DNA from: a virus
Lineage: Duplodnaviria; Caudoviricetes
IMG/VR virus record: IMGVR_UViG_3300039208_000099
Location: 1 to 27,099 of that record
Direction: 5' to 3' (one strand)
DNA length: 27,099 nt
Shown in pieces: positions 1 through 8,183 of the stretch (position 1 is the stretch's first letter; the number at the start of each line of letters is the position of its first letter). Made by a program: the position numbers and the translations under genes. The notes under the pieces were generated by a model. It made no database searches. It saw nothing but the letters and a program-made list of their open reading frames with translations, and was not told the DNA's origin.

Positions 1-155
1 GATCCGAAGCGGTTCGGATCGGCCCACAGATAGCGAAGCGTCGCTTCCCACCCTGCCGAGTGATGGATTGTGACGAATCTCACAGGAGTTCCAGATCGTC
101 CGCCAGAATAATTGCTGGCGTTAGCCTGGAGGAATTTTGCGATTGATAACTTCAT
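1..155 (-). CDS. Endolysin, N-acetylmuramoyl-L-alanine amidase (Amidase_2-like), N-terminal part; truncated by window edge
   Basis: Not in ORF track. Manual translation from ATG at 155: MKLSIAKFLQANASNYSGGRSGTPVRFVTIHHSAGWEATLRYLWADPNRFGS. The NYSxGRxG...IHHxAG pattern is typical of Zn amidases; SD GGGAGG upstream; follows membrane-protein genes. Confidence 0.8.
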   Translation of the reverse strand, partial: MKLSIAKFLQANASNYSGGRSGTPVRFVTIHHSAGWEATLRYLWADPNRFG

Positions 156-189
156 GGAGCACCTCCCTCTCTACTATCATTATATGCCA

Positions 190-660
190 CTATTGCATAT
201 TTGATTCAGTCACAGTGAAGTCCTGGCTATAGACATAATCTGTGATGGTCCTGATCGGATTGACCTGGAATTCCAGCTTGAATTCGATTGTGTATTCACC
301 TGGAGGAGTATCGATCGGAATCAGGACCGCAGGAGGAGTGAAGGTATAACATCCAGCAGGAGCTTGAGATGTATTGCCGCCGAGCGGAATGTATAGCTCA
401 CGATTTGATTTGCTGATAAGTCTTCGAGTGACTGTGGCCGTCGCATCTGTGTATCGACACTGCTCGACCTCATATGAGACAACAGTGCCAGCCGCCACAG
501 GCTGATTCGTGATCTTGATCGGCTCTCGGACCTCGACTGTCTTGTATGGCCAGAGAGTCAAAAAAAGAGCGATGATCACTGCGATAGTTGAGATCGCAAG
601 CAATGGAATGGTTATTCGATACACCCACACATTGAATTTCGGCACTCTTGTTGTGTCCAC
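190..660 (-). CDS. Membrane-anchored protein of the lysis cassette (one N-terminal TM helix plus beta-rich domain)
   Basis: Hydrophobic ITIPLLAISTIAVIIALFLTLW followed by a beta-strand-like region with two Cys; GTG start with GGGAG SD; lies between holin-like gene and endolysin. Confidence 0.6.
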   Translation of the reverse strand: MDTTRVPKFNVWVYRITIPLLAISTIAVIIALFLTLWPYKTVEVREPIKITNQPVAAGTVVSYEVEQCRYTDATATVTRRLISKSNRELYIPLGGNTSQAPAGCYTFTPPAVLIPIDTPPGEYTIEFKLEFQVNPIRTITDYVYSQDFTVTESNMQ

Positions 661-662
661 AA

Positions 663-935
663 TTACGCTCCCTGTCTCAATACTAGCGTGAGAAGTGCTC
701 CGAGCACAGTGAGAAGGATCACACCGACCGCACCATACACGATACGCTCCAGCATCTTGATCCGAGCGACCAGAGCAGCAAGATCTGCTTTTGTAGCGTA
801 TCCTTTGTCCAGTGTCTCTTTGACATCTTCGACTTCTTTTTTCACTTGACCGACCACGACAGCGATGACTGCGAGTGCAGTTTTTGTGTCAGTTTTGCCG
901 TCAGCGACTCGCTTGAGTTGTTCATCTTCCATCAT
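663..935 (-). CDS. Holin-like / XhlA-like protein (coiled coil plus C-terminal TM helix)
   Basis: Heptad-like soluble region then IVYGAVGVILLTVLGALLTLVL; position before endolysin. Start uncertain (941, 935 or 932); the 941 ATG overlaps a TATAAT. Confidence 0.55.
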   Translation of the reverse strand: MMEDEQLKRVADGKTDTKTALAVIAVVVGQVKKEVEDVKETLDKGYATKADLAALVARIKMLERIVYGAVGVILLTVLGALLTLVLRQGA

Positions 936-951
936 TCTCATTATAAAATGC

Positions 952-1287
952 TCACGCTATCTTCATAGCCCTCTCTGGAGGCTGTTCTCTGTCTTCTTTT
1001 GGAATGTGATTGCCGCACAAGTGGCACTGAAATGCAGATCCTCCGACCAGTCCGCAGTAGAAGCAGGCTCGGCATCGATAGCATGTGGCCCTGTAGTATC
1101 GCTGCACAGCGTCGCATCTCGGACACTCAAGCGTCGAGCAGATCTTCAATGAGACATTCTGCGGCAGCTTGACTTCAGGCTGCTCAATGTCTCTCGGCTT
1201 TTTTCGCATCTTCGACTGGCTCTTTTTGCCGAGTCGTGGCACGATCACCGAATTCCGACTGTAGTGAATAGGCCGTCTATTTTCCAT
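952..1287 (-). CDS. Cys-rich zinc-finger-like hypothetical protein with basic N-terminus
   Basis: CPRC, CYRC, CFYC and CHLC pairs; Lys/Arg-rich N-terminal half. Confidence 0.6.
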   Translation of the reverse strand: MENRRPIHYSRNSVIVPRLGKKSQSKMRKKPRDIEQPEVKLPQNVSLKICSTLECPRCDAVQRYYRATCYRCRACFYCGLVGGSAFQCHLCGNHIPKEDREQPPERAMKIA

Positions 1288-1751
1288 AATTCTACTGTTC
1301 CCACGTTCAAATAATTTGGATTGTTTGAGTCAAGAGCATCTGGCAGCTTCACCTCGACCATCGTGAAGCCTTCATCATCTGCTGGATCGAAGCCACCCTC
1401 CTCATATGCCACATTGTCTTTTTTGAGCAGATGAGTCAGATCAATACTGACATCCACCCTTCGATTTGCATCGGCCTGGATGTTCAGCTCTTGCCGTCTC
1501 TGATAGTTTGCCTCCTGGCTGATCAGCAGCGGAATCTCATCCACAATGCCGATTGATTCTATTTTGCGATTCGCTGCTGCTACACCAGAAGCAAATTGCA
1601 TCACAAAATGACAATACAGTCTCTCGATCCTGAGAGCGTCCTTCGGCGGCAGCATGTAGAGCATGGCCCTGTATCCACAGAAGCCAGCGTCACTCATTGC
1701 AATAGTCCTGAGCGAGTATGTGTATGGCTGGAGATGATTCTGCTGGCCCAT
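1245..1751 (-). CDS. Hypothetical protein (possible minor virion beta-sandwich protein)
   Basis: 168 aa ORF, co-oriented and abutting the upstream gene; starts MGQQ. Confidence 0.6.
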   Translation of the reverse strand: MGQQNHLQPYTYSLRTIAMSDAGFCGYRAMLYMLPPKDALRIERLYCHFVMQFASGVAAANRKIESIGIVDEIPLLISQEANYQRRQELNIQADANRRVDVSIDLTHLLKKDNVAYEEGGFDPADDEGFTMVEVKLPDALDSNNPNYLNVGTVELWKIDGLFTTVGIR

Positions 1752-1752
1752 A

Positions 1753-2286
1753 TTATTGCCTCACGTCAAAGTTATGTTGCACGACTCTCAGATATTGTAC
1801 ATTGTCGATGTAGATCTGATCTGACACGAAGAGCGGATCGGTCCATACAATATGCACCCATATCTTGTCATCCCAGTTCGGATCTGTCGGCTGCGGCAGC
1901 TTACTGCCTGGCACAAATATGTCGAATGGAGGAGTCAAGTTGTCCTGGAGAAGATTCTCGGCAATCACTTCAGCATCAGTCAGCGTGTTGTCAGCATCGA
2001 ATCCGAGATACCAGTCTTGCGGCCCACCAGTGGCACTATGATCACAGAAGCCAGCAGGACCGCCGTCTTGATAGAGTACAATTCCGAAGAATTCTGGATT
2101 TCGCAGCAGTAGATCACGATTGCGGACCAGATATGGATTCACATCGATAGCAAAGCTGACATGAGTATTGTTCTGGACTTGCACACAGTCACCACCACCA
2201 GCACCGCCACAGTACCGATAATATGCCCAGTCCTTCTTCTGGAGTGATCGTGGATATCCTTGATCTTGTGGAGCTTGTTTTCCCAT
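1753..2286 (-). CDS. Hypothetical protein (possible minor virion protein)
   Basis: Start reassigned to ATG at 2286 (TAATG overlap with upstream stop); starts MGKQ; 177 aa. Confidence 0.6.
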   Translation of the reverse strand: MGKQAPQDQGYPRSLQKKDWAYYRYCGGAGGGDCVQVQNNTHVSFAIDVNPYLVRNRDLLLRNPEFFGIVLYQDGGPAGFCDHSATGGPQDWYLGFDADNTLTDAEVIAENLLQDNLTPPFDIFVPGSKLPQPTDPNWDDKIWVHIVWTDPLFVSDQIYIDNVQYLRVVQHNFDVRQ

Positions 2287-2861
2287 TATGAGAGCCCCAT
2301 CTGCATTGTGCAATTCACTTCAAATTTCGTGAAGGTGTATCCGCTGCCCTTGCTCGGAGCTTGATCAAAGCAGAGCAGGACCACAAATGCATCATCTTTG
2401 TATTCAGAATCGCCATTCTGATACAGGCCAGGCTTCAAGTTGAGTCTCGGCAAGAAGAGCTCACCAGCAGGAGCAATGTCATATGGAGTGTCACGTCCAG
2501 TGATCTTCCTGTGGCTTGCAGTGATAAAGTCTTCGGAATAACTCGTCTGAGTAGTATATCTGCTCGAATATGTGCCGATAGCAATGCGGAATTTTCTTGC
2601 TCCTTCAGCAGAAGCCAGTGTGAATCTGAGCGTCAGGTTCGCTTCTATGATGTCACCATATTCAGGCTGAAGCACTCTGATCGGATTGACTTCAGCGATT
2701 GTGCCAGATCCGAAGTATGATGACGGAATCAAATTGACCAGATCTCCGACATTGTTTGCTGAAGATATGTCCTCGTCAGAATTCTGGCTGCGATTATATC
2801 CCCATACATTTGCATAGTATGGAATTGCTGTCTTGCGAAGTGCTTGATCCTGAGAGCCCAT
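2286..2861 (-). CDS. Hypothetical protein (possible minor virion protein)
   Basis: 191 aa, SD AGGAGG upstream; starts MGSQ; directly follows the C1q-like gene. Confidence 0.65.
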   Translation of the reverse strand: MGSQDQALRKTAIPYYANVWGYNRSQNSDEDISSANNVGDLVNLIPSSYFGSGTIAEVNPIRVLQPEYGDIIEANLTLRFTLASAEGARKFRIAIGTYSSRYTTQTSYSEDFITASHRKITGRDTPYDIAPAGELFLPRLNLKPGLYQNGDSEYKDDAFVVLLCFDQAPSKGSGYTFTKFEVNCTMQMGLS

Positions 2862-2872
2862 GTGCGGCCCTC

Positions 2873-3472
2873 CTATGTCCTACAGAGCAAGAATCCAGCG
2901 AACCAGCTATCAGATGTGTTGCCGCCAGTCAGACTGTTGTTGTTGCTAATGTCCACGCCGAATTCGACATATTGTGAGGCCGTAAGCTGCACAAGAAATG
3001 TACCGCCCACACCAAGAGATCCAGTTCCAGCGGCCCTTATAAGATTATGGGACAGTGATACAAATCCATCTACCATAAGACTACATCGCATATAACCTCC
3101 GTCAGTCGTGCCGTTGATTCTTGATCTACCCATAAATACATAGAATCCATTCACTGGCACAGTGTAGCGGCCCTTATTTGTTGTGACATCAAGATTGTTG
3201 TTTGTGTCAAAATTTTCAGTATCTACAGCAAGCGGAGTTACAGTGCTAGCCGTCACTGCTTGTGAAGCGGCATTCATATAAGCACTGAATTTGTATGGAT
3301 TGCTGTCGGTAGTTAGATTGCTTCTGTCGAATCCAGATATGTGCCTAGCTATAATCGCATCATCGGCAATACCAGTACCATCATTGAAGCTGGCATCGTT
3401 GGCCCATAAAAGATTCCATTTTGCGGTTGTTGGCTGTTCGTCAGCGACGAATGATCCTGCTGTGTAGCTCAT
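2873..3472 (-). CDS. Tail-tip receptor-binding protein with C-terminal C1q/TNF-like domain
   Basis: C1q-type pattern FSAY...DTENFDTNNNLD...GRYTVPVNGFYVF...LVQLTASQYVEF...FAGFLL; N-terminal segment resembles phage fibre attachment regions; located in tail-tip module. Confidence 0.7.
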   Translation of the reverse strand: MSYTAGSFVADEQPTTAKWNLLWANDASFNDGTGIADDAIIARHISGFDRSNLTTDSNPYKFSAYMNAASQAVTASTVTPLAVDTENFDTNNNLDVTTNKGRYTVPVNGFYVFMGRSRINGTTDGGYMRCSLMVDGFVSLSHNLIRAAGTGSLGVGGTFLVQLTASQYVEFGVDISNNNSLTGGNTSDSWFAGFLLCRT

Positions 3473-4092
3473 TATTTGATCCTCTCTACTTGAAATGTTT
3501 CAAAATGTTTGACGTTGCCGACTCTGCGGAAGTCTGGCTTGACCTTCTTCTCTTTGATTTGCTCACGAATGCGATGCTTCTCAAATGGATTCAGTGTGAC
3601 TTGTGTCGGACCGACAGGCACTGTGCCTCTCTCTACTTCAGCGATCCGAGTATCATTCATGCACCTGATCTGCTCAGGCACTCTCAGCACTGGCGGCCGA
3701 TATACAGGCTCGGCAGATTTCTTCTTCTTTGCAGCGGCCATGTCCTTCTTGAATTCCTTCTCGTATTTTGCAAGATCATCTTCGTGAGCCTTGAGAGCTG
3801 CTGGATATGCTGGATTCGGAATCAAAGCACCACACTGATACCCCATCATTCGCTCGCCGTCTGGAGTTTCATCAAGCCTGATTCTATGAGATAGCAGATT
3901 CTGTCCGATTGGAATCACAAATTTGCCGAGTTCATTCGGCTGCATTCCCATTCCATCGCCACCTGAGCACTCAAATGCGAGATGTGATCCACACTGTGAA
4001 CAGGACACCAGCTCCACACTGGAGAATCGTGCTTTGTAGAATTCGAGCATCTGCTCTGCGTCTGTTTCCTGTGTCTCACTTGATAGAATCAT
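3472..4092 (-). CDS. Hypothetical protein with putative Zn-binding Cys motifs
   Basis: CSQC near N-terminus, GYQC and RCMNDTR later; Lys-rich helical segment; own SD (GAGGAG) and upstream TATAAT. Confidence 0.65.
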   Translation of the reverse strand: MILSSETQETDAEQMLEFYKARFSSVELVSCSQCGSHLAFECSGGDGMGMQPNELGKFVIPIGQNLLSHRIRLDETPDGERMMGYQCGALIPNPAYPAALKAHEDDLAKYEKEFKKDMAAAKKKKSAEPVYRPPVLRVPEQIRCMNDTRIAEVERGTVPVGPTQVTLNPFEKHRIREQIKEKKVKPDFRRVGNVKHFETFQVERIK

Positions 4093-4100
4093 GCCTTCTC

Positions 4101-4119
4101 CTCTGTTTTCATTATAGCT
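4101..4119 (-). promoter_or_regulatory. Promoter-like element AGCTATAATGAAAACAGAG (identical 19 bp copy at 11443-11461)
   Basis: Intergenic; perfect TATAAT; exact repeat elsewhere in the window; merges into the SD of the next gene. Confidence 0.65.
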
Positions 4120-4125
4120 TGAATG

Positions 4126-5727
4126 TTATGGAGCAATAGAGTCAGTGCCGCCGATCTTCGACTGATTGATTGTGAAATAGCTCTTGATGGTCCGCTCTTC
4201 GACCTCCAGGACCTGAGAATATAGGCCACCACGATCGATGACGTTTGTGATTCCTGTGATGTAGACATTCTTCACCTCGTCAGTGTCATTGATCAGCAGC
4301 AGGCCAGCATCACCGATCTGAAGTGCAGGATCGCTCTGGACCGCCACAGGGCACAAGTATCGCTTGCCAGGTGATTTGTATTCATTGACAAGTGTATATG
4401 CCAGAGAGTGAGCTGTGGACTCATCCTGGATCAGATCATTCTCGATCACTAGCGGCTCACCATTATTGCTCGGATTGCGGCCGAAGTTGTCAATCGATGT
4501 CTGATCTTCATATCGCTCCTCGATGACCTGAGTCACCTTCGCAGGAGTCGCATATATGGCAAGCTGAGGCAGGAAGAGCTTGCTTGTGAAGTTATTGCGG
4601 AAGCCGAGCTTGAGCGTTTTGCCGAAGCTGTATGATTCAATCAGATCAATTTCATTATTGCGAGCCAGGCCAGATCCATCACTGAATTCGTTTGTCGAGT
4701 AGAAGCTCTGAGATCCGCTGGCTGTGGTGATATATTTCGGAATACTGACCGAAGTTGTCGGCAGATCACCGAAGTCATCTGTAAAGTCGATGAAGAGCTC
4801 AGTGTCTTCTCCTGCTGCAAGTTCAATCGGATTCGTGTTCTCCCATATTTTTTGCCGAGCCTGGACCGCTCGTGGCTTTGCTTTGACGATCACATCATTG
4901 ATCACTGGAGTATTCTGCCACTGGATGTCCTGGATCTTGCTGTAGCTGAGCTGGAATCGAGCAATGCCAGAGGCTGTCAGGAAGTGCTGTCTGTTCCAGA
5001 AGCGGATGATACCTGTCTCATCGACGAACATCAGTGCCTGCTCTGCTTCAGTACCCTTCTTGAAGATCTCTCCCCATGTGCGATTGTATGTGGCCAGATA
5101 GCCGATATTCTGCTGCAATGTCTTATCAATCACATACTGGCTAGAGGTGAAGCCCATCTCAGCCATGCCTGAAGCGACAATGTTATGGAATGGAGCATTG
5201 ACGAATGCACCGCTGATCGTGGATTTGTAGCCATTGATGAAGTCGAATGCATCGAAGGAATGGAATTGAGCAGTTCTGTTGTTCAAAGAGATATTCGGCT
5301 GAGAGGTGAAGCCTGTGAAGAGCTTCATGTACTCCTCCTCAATACCGACACTGATCTTGATCGGCCGATTTGGAAGAATTCCTGAGCCGATCGTCGTGTC
5401 ATAATTTGGCAGGAATTTTTTGCTCGTATTGTCGAGCTCGACATCAGCTTGAGCCATGATCACACCATATGGATACTGACCGATGTTTTTCTGGACCGAT
5501 ATGCTCTTCACGAATGGAGACACATCGTCATATTGATACTTGTCGAAGAATGTCACAAAGTCACCACCGCCTTTGATGATGTCACCACCGCCGATCGTGC
5601 TTTGATTGATCGTGAAAAATTTCACACCTGAATTCGTGGTCCGAAGCCAGGCCACCAGTACGCCATAGCCGACACGACGCTTGCCCTGTGCGGTTTTGTT
5701 GCCCCATTCGTCAGATACAGTCTGCAT
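4126..5727 (-). CDS. Tail hub / Tal-like minor tail protein
   Basis: 533 aa, second gene after tape measure; MFVDETGIIRFWNR, TSIDNFG and PALQIGD segments fit baseplate-hub (gp27-like) proteins. Confidence 0.7.
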   Translation of the reverse strand: MQTVSDEWGNKTAQGKRRVGYGVLVAWLRTTNSGVKFFTINQSTIGGGDIIKGGGDFVTFFDKYQYDDVSPFVKSISVQKNIGQYPYGVIMAQADVELDNTSKKFLPNYDTTIGSGILPNRPIKISVGIEEEYMKLFTGFTSQPNISLNNRTAQFHSFDAFDFINGYKSTISGAFVNAPFHNIVASGMAEMGFTSSQYVIDKTLQQNIGYLATYNRTWGEIFKKGTEAEQALMFVDETGIIRFWNRQHFLTASGIARFQLSYSKIQDIQWQNTPVINDVIVKAKPRAVQARQKIWENTNPIELAAGEDTELFIDFTDDFGDLPTTSVSIPKYITTASGSQSFYSTNEFSDGSGLARNNEIDLIESYSFGKTLKLGFRNNFTSKLFLPQLAIYATPAKVTQVIEERYEDQTSIDNFGRNPSNNGEPLVIENDLIQDESTAHSLAYTLVNEYKSPGKRYLCPVAVQSDPALQIGDAGLLLINDTDEVKNVYITGITNVIDRGGLYSQVLEVEERTIKSYFTINQSKIGGTDSIAP

Positions 5728-5729
5728 GA

Positions 5730-6110
5730 CTAAAACTCCCGAATACGGACCTTGTATGTGGCCAGATTTGATGCTCCTGGTGAGTATTCGCCTGCCTCAT
5801 CAGGGAATGGCAGTCCTGAGAATGTCAGTGTGCCGAATTTTCCTGATGATGGATTGTGATAGTTCACACCTGATCCAGAGACAAAAAGAGCGTCGATTGC
5901 CTGGTAGTCGCTCGAATCAAGATTCTCAAATGTCATCTCGACATTGTATTTGAAGCCATTCGGATTGCCTGGAGTGATCACTCGATTCCGTTGAATGCCG
6001 CCATCGATGGCCTCCTGAGTGCTCTCCTGATATTCTCTCCATTCTCGAAGTCGTGAAGGCATTCGAGCCAGCTCACCAGAGTTGATTGTGATCGGATTCA
6101 GTTCTGGCAT
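5730..6110 (-). CDS. Distal tail (Dit-like) protein
   Basis: 126 aa immediately after tape measure; size and C-terminal YKVRIREF strand fit tube-fold Dit proteins. Mostly synteny. Confidence 0.6.
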   Translation of the reverse strand: MPELNPITINSGELARMPSRLREWREYQESTQEAIDGGIQRNRVITPGNPNGFKYNVEMTFENLDSSDYQAIDALFVSGSGVNYHNPSSGKFGTLTFSGLPFPDEAGEYSPGASNLATYKVRIREF

Positions 6111-7954
6111 TATTGTACCCTCGCTCCTATGTTTTCAAGATTGATTCCGTTGCTCTTTGCGATCCTCATGAATTCTACCCACATCCGCTCAGCGACCTCT
6201 CGATATTCTGTCGGCATGCCTGCGAACATTCCGACCTGTAGTGTCGGATTGAAATTGAGAGTTGTGCCGCCTCCACCAGATTGATTCATAAGATTTTGCG
6301 TCCGAGCAGCAGATACTACATCAGTACCTGGAGGCAGATTCGCAAGGATCTCACCTTTGTGCACATAAGCCAGTCCACCTTCGAAGTTTTCGACACCCTT
6401 CTGGAATGTCGGAATTTTCGGCATATCGAAGCCCTTGCCACCGATACCAGGCACCCAGTCAGGAGCTTTGAATGATAATTGTCCGACAGTGTTATTCCAG
6501 AGATTTGCGATCGCATTGAAGGCCGCCTTGAATGGAGCTGTCAGCTTTTGCTGCACATTGCTCATGCCAGAGCCGATTGAGCTTCCGATGCGGCCGAACC
6601 AGCCGACAAGATTCTTCACCCACTGGATGACATTGCTGATCCAGTTGATGATGTTTGACAGCCAGGAGATACCGAGCTGCAAGCCTTTGACGAATATCAT
6701 GATCTGAGCAAATACCACTGCTCCGAGAATTGTGCCGAGTACCTTGAGCACTGGAATCAGGATCGGACTGATTTGATCCCATAGTCTCTTGAGTGCAGGA
6801 ATCAGCCGTTCTCCGAGAGCACTGAAGACACTCATGATTGCTGGCTGCAAGTGATCTCTCCAGAGCATCATCATGACTTCGATCACTGGCCGCACCTTGT
6901 CGAATACAGCCTGGACACCACCCATTCGATCGATGATCAGCTTCGCAGCAAAGCCGATGGCCGCACCAGCCGCAATGAATGGAAGCAATGGAGCGACTGC
7001 GGCCCATGCTGCGGCCGCCATTGCGACGAATGCAGGCACAAGCCCTCCGACGATTGCACCGATAATCACAGGGAAGTATGGCTGGAGTGTCTTGAATCCA
7101 TTTGCCAGCGTGTCAGGCAATGCTTCAAGTATAGGCAGGACCGCTTCAGCAGCACCCTTCACTCGATCGAAGAATCCACCTTCTATGATTTCACCAGTAT
7201 CAGTCAGGCCGACCATTTTTCGCATAGTCTGACCGATGGAGTCCTGAATATTACTCATGACACCAGAGAATGTCTTCGATTGTTTGTCCATCATGCCACC
7301 GAATTTTGATCCTTCACCTGTCATATTCATGATGGCCTGCTCGACTTCTTTGAAGCCGATCTTGCCTTGCGACACAAGCTCTTTGATCTCTTCTTGTGGC
7401 TTACCCATAACCTTTGCGAGCTCAGAGATCAGTGGCACACCAGCATTCGTGAATTGCAGCAGATCCTGGCCCATAAGCCGTCCAGCGATGCGGACTTGGC
7501 CGAATACGTTTGTCAGTTGTCCGACAGGCACACCGACACCAGAAGCGATGTCTCCGAGCCGTCTCATTGTTGGCAGGAGCTCTTCTTGAGCGAATCCGAA
7601 GGCCAGAAGCTGCTTTGTACCAGCGACCACTTCAGGCAGCTCGAATGGAGTTGTCTTTGCGAATTCAGAGATCTCTCCCATAAGATTGCGAGCCTTCTCA
7701 GCAGATCCGAGCATCGTCTCGAATGCGACACGATACTGCTCGAATTGTCCAGCCGAGCCGATAGCTTTTGCACCGAGAATGCCGACAGCAGCACCAGCAG
7801 CCGTCAGAGCTCCGAGCAATGCAAAAGATCCAGTCTTCGCTCTATCAAGCGAGTCAGAGAAGCCGCCAGTCGTTTTTGTGGACTTGCCGAGTGCCTTCTC
7901 AAAGCCAGATGCATCTCCGTTGATTCTGACCAGTAGATCTCTTGTATTTGCCAT
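6110..7954 (-). CDS. Tail tape measure protein
   Basis: FETMLGSAEKA...FAKTTPFELPEV...QLLAFG...GQDLLQFTNAGVP tape-measure domain; Ala/Gly-rich amphipathic helices with periodic Trp/Phe; follows tail chaperones. Confidence 0.93.
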   Translation of the reverse strand: MANTRDLLVRINGDASGFEKALGKSTKTTGGFSDSLDRAKTGSFALLGALTAAGAAVGILGAKAIGSAGQFEQYRVAFETMLGSAEKARNLMGEISEFAKTTPFELPEVVAGTKQLLAFGFAQEELLPTMRRLGDIASGVGVPVGQLTNVFGQVRIAGRLMGQDLLQFTNAGVPLISELAKVMGKPQEEIKELVSQGKIGFKEVEQAIMNMTGEGSKFGGMMDKQSKTFSGVMSNIQDSIGQTMRKMVGLTDTGEIIEGGFFDRVKGAAEAVLPILEALPDTLANGFKTLQPYFPVIIGAIVGGLVPAFVAMAAAAWAAVAPLLPFIAAGAAIGFAAKLIIDRMGGVQAVFDKVRPVIEVMMMLWRDHLQPAIMSVFSALGERLIPALKRLWDQISPILIPVLKVLGTILGAVVFAQIMIFVKGLQLGISWLSNIINWISNVIQWVKNLVGWFGRIGSSIGSGMSNVQQKLTAPFKAAFNAIANLWNNTVGQLSFKAPDWVPGIGGKGFDMPKIPTFQKGVENFEGGLAYVHKGEILANLPPGTDVVSAARTQNLMNQSGGGGTTLNFNPTLQVGMFAGMPTEYREVAERMWVEFMRIAKSNGINLENIGARVQ

Positions 7955-7955
7955 A

Positions 7956-8183
7956 TTACCTCTTGCTCTTCATTTCGGCTTCCATCTTCTGCTGCTCCAT
8001 GCGTTCGAATTGTGCCTCTATTCTCATTATATCTAGGAATTGCAGTATCCTATTGCGTGGCTGTTCATCGAGATCGCTCGGAAGCCATCCGAATTTCTTG
8101 CAAAGCATGTACTCAAGATATGGTCCAGGCACTACTGCCTTGCCGCTCGAATCAGAGAAGTATGAGATCAGATCTTGAGTCAG
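7956..8183 (-). CDS. -1 frameshift extension of tail assembly chaperone (gpGT-like C-terminal part)
   Basis: Not in ORF track. The -1 frame after the slippery site reads LTQDLISYFSDSSGKAVVPGPYLEYMLCKKFGWLPSDLDEQPRNRILQFLDIMRIEAQFERMEQQKMEAEMKSKR*, stopping 1 nt before the TMP ATG. Confidence 0.85.
   Translation of the reverse strand: MTQDLISYFSDSSGKAVVPGPYLEYMLCKKFGWLPSDLDEQPRNRILQFLDIMRIEAQFERMEQQKMEAEMKSKR

Noticed and set aside
1-120. Short inverted repeats (GATCCGAA-GCGG-TTCGGATC at 1-20; CGCCAG...CTGGCG at 101-120)
   Set aside because: Inside the endolysin coding sequence at the window edge, without a U-tract; plausible by chance given the GATC-rich composition.
2873-3472. Diversity-generating retroelement target in the receptor-binding gene
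   Set aside because: No reverse transcriptase and no second near-identical template repeat seen in the window.
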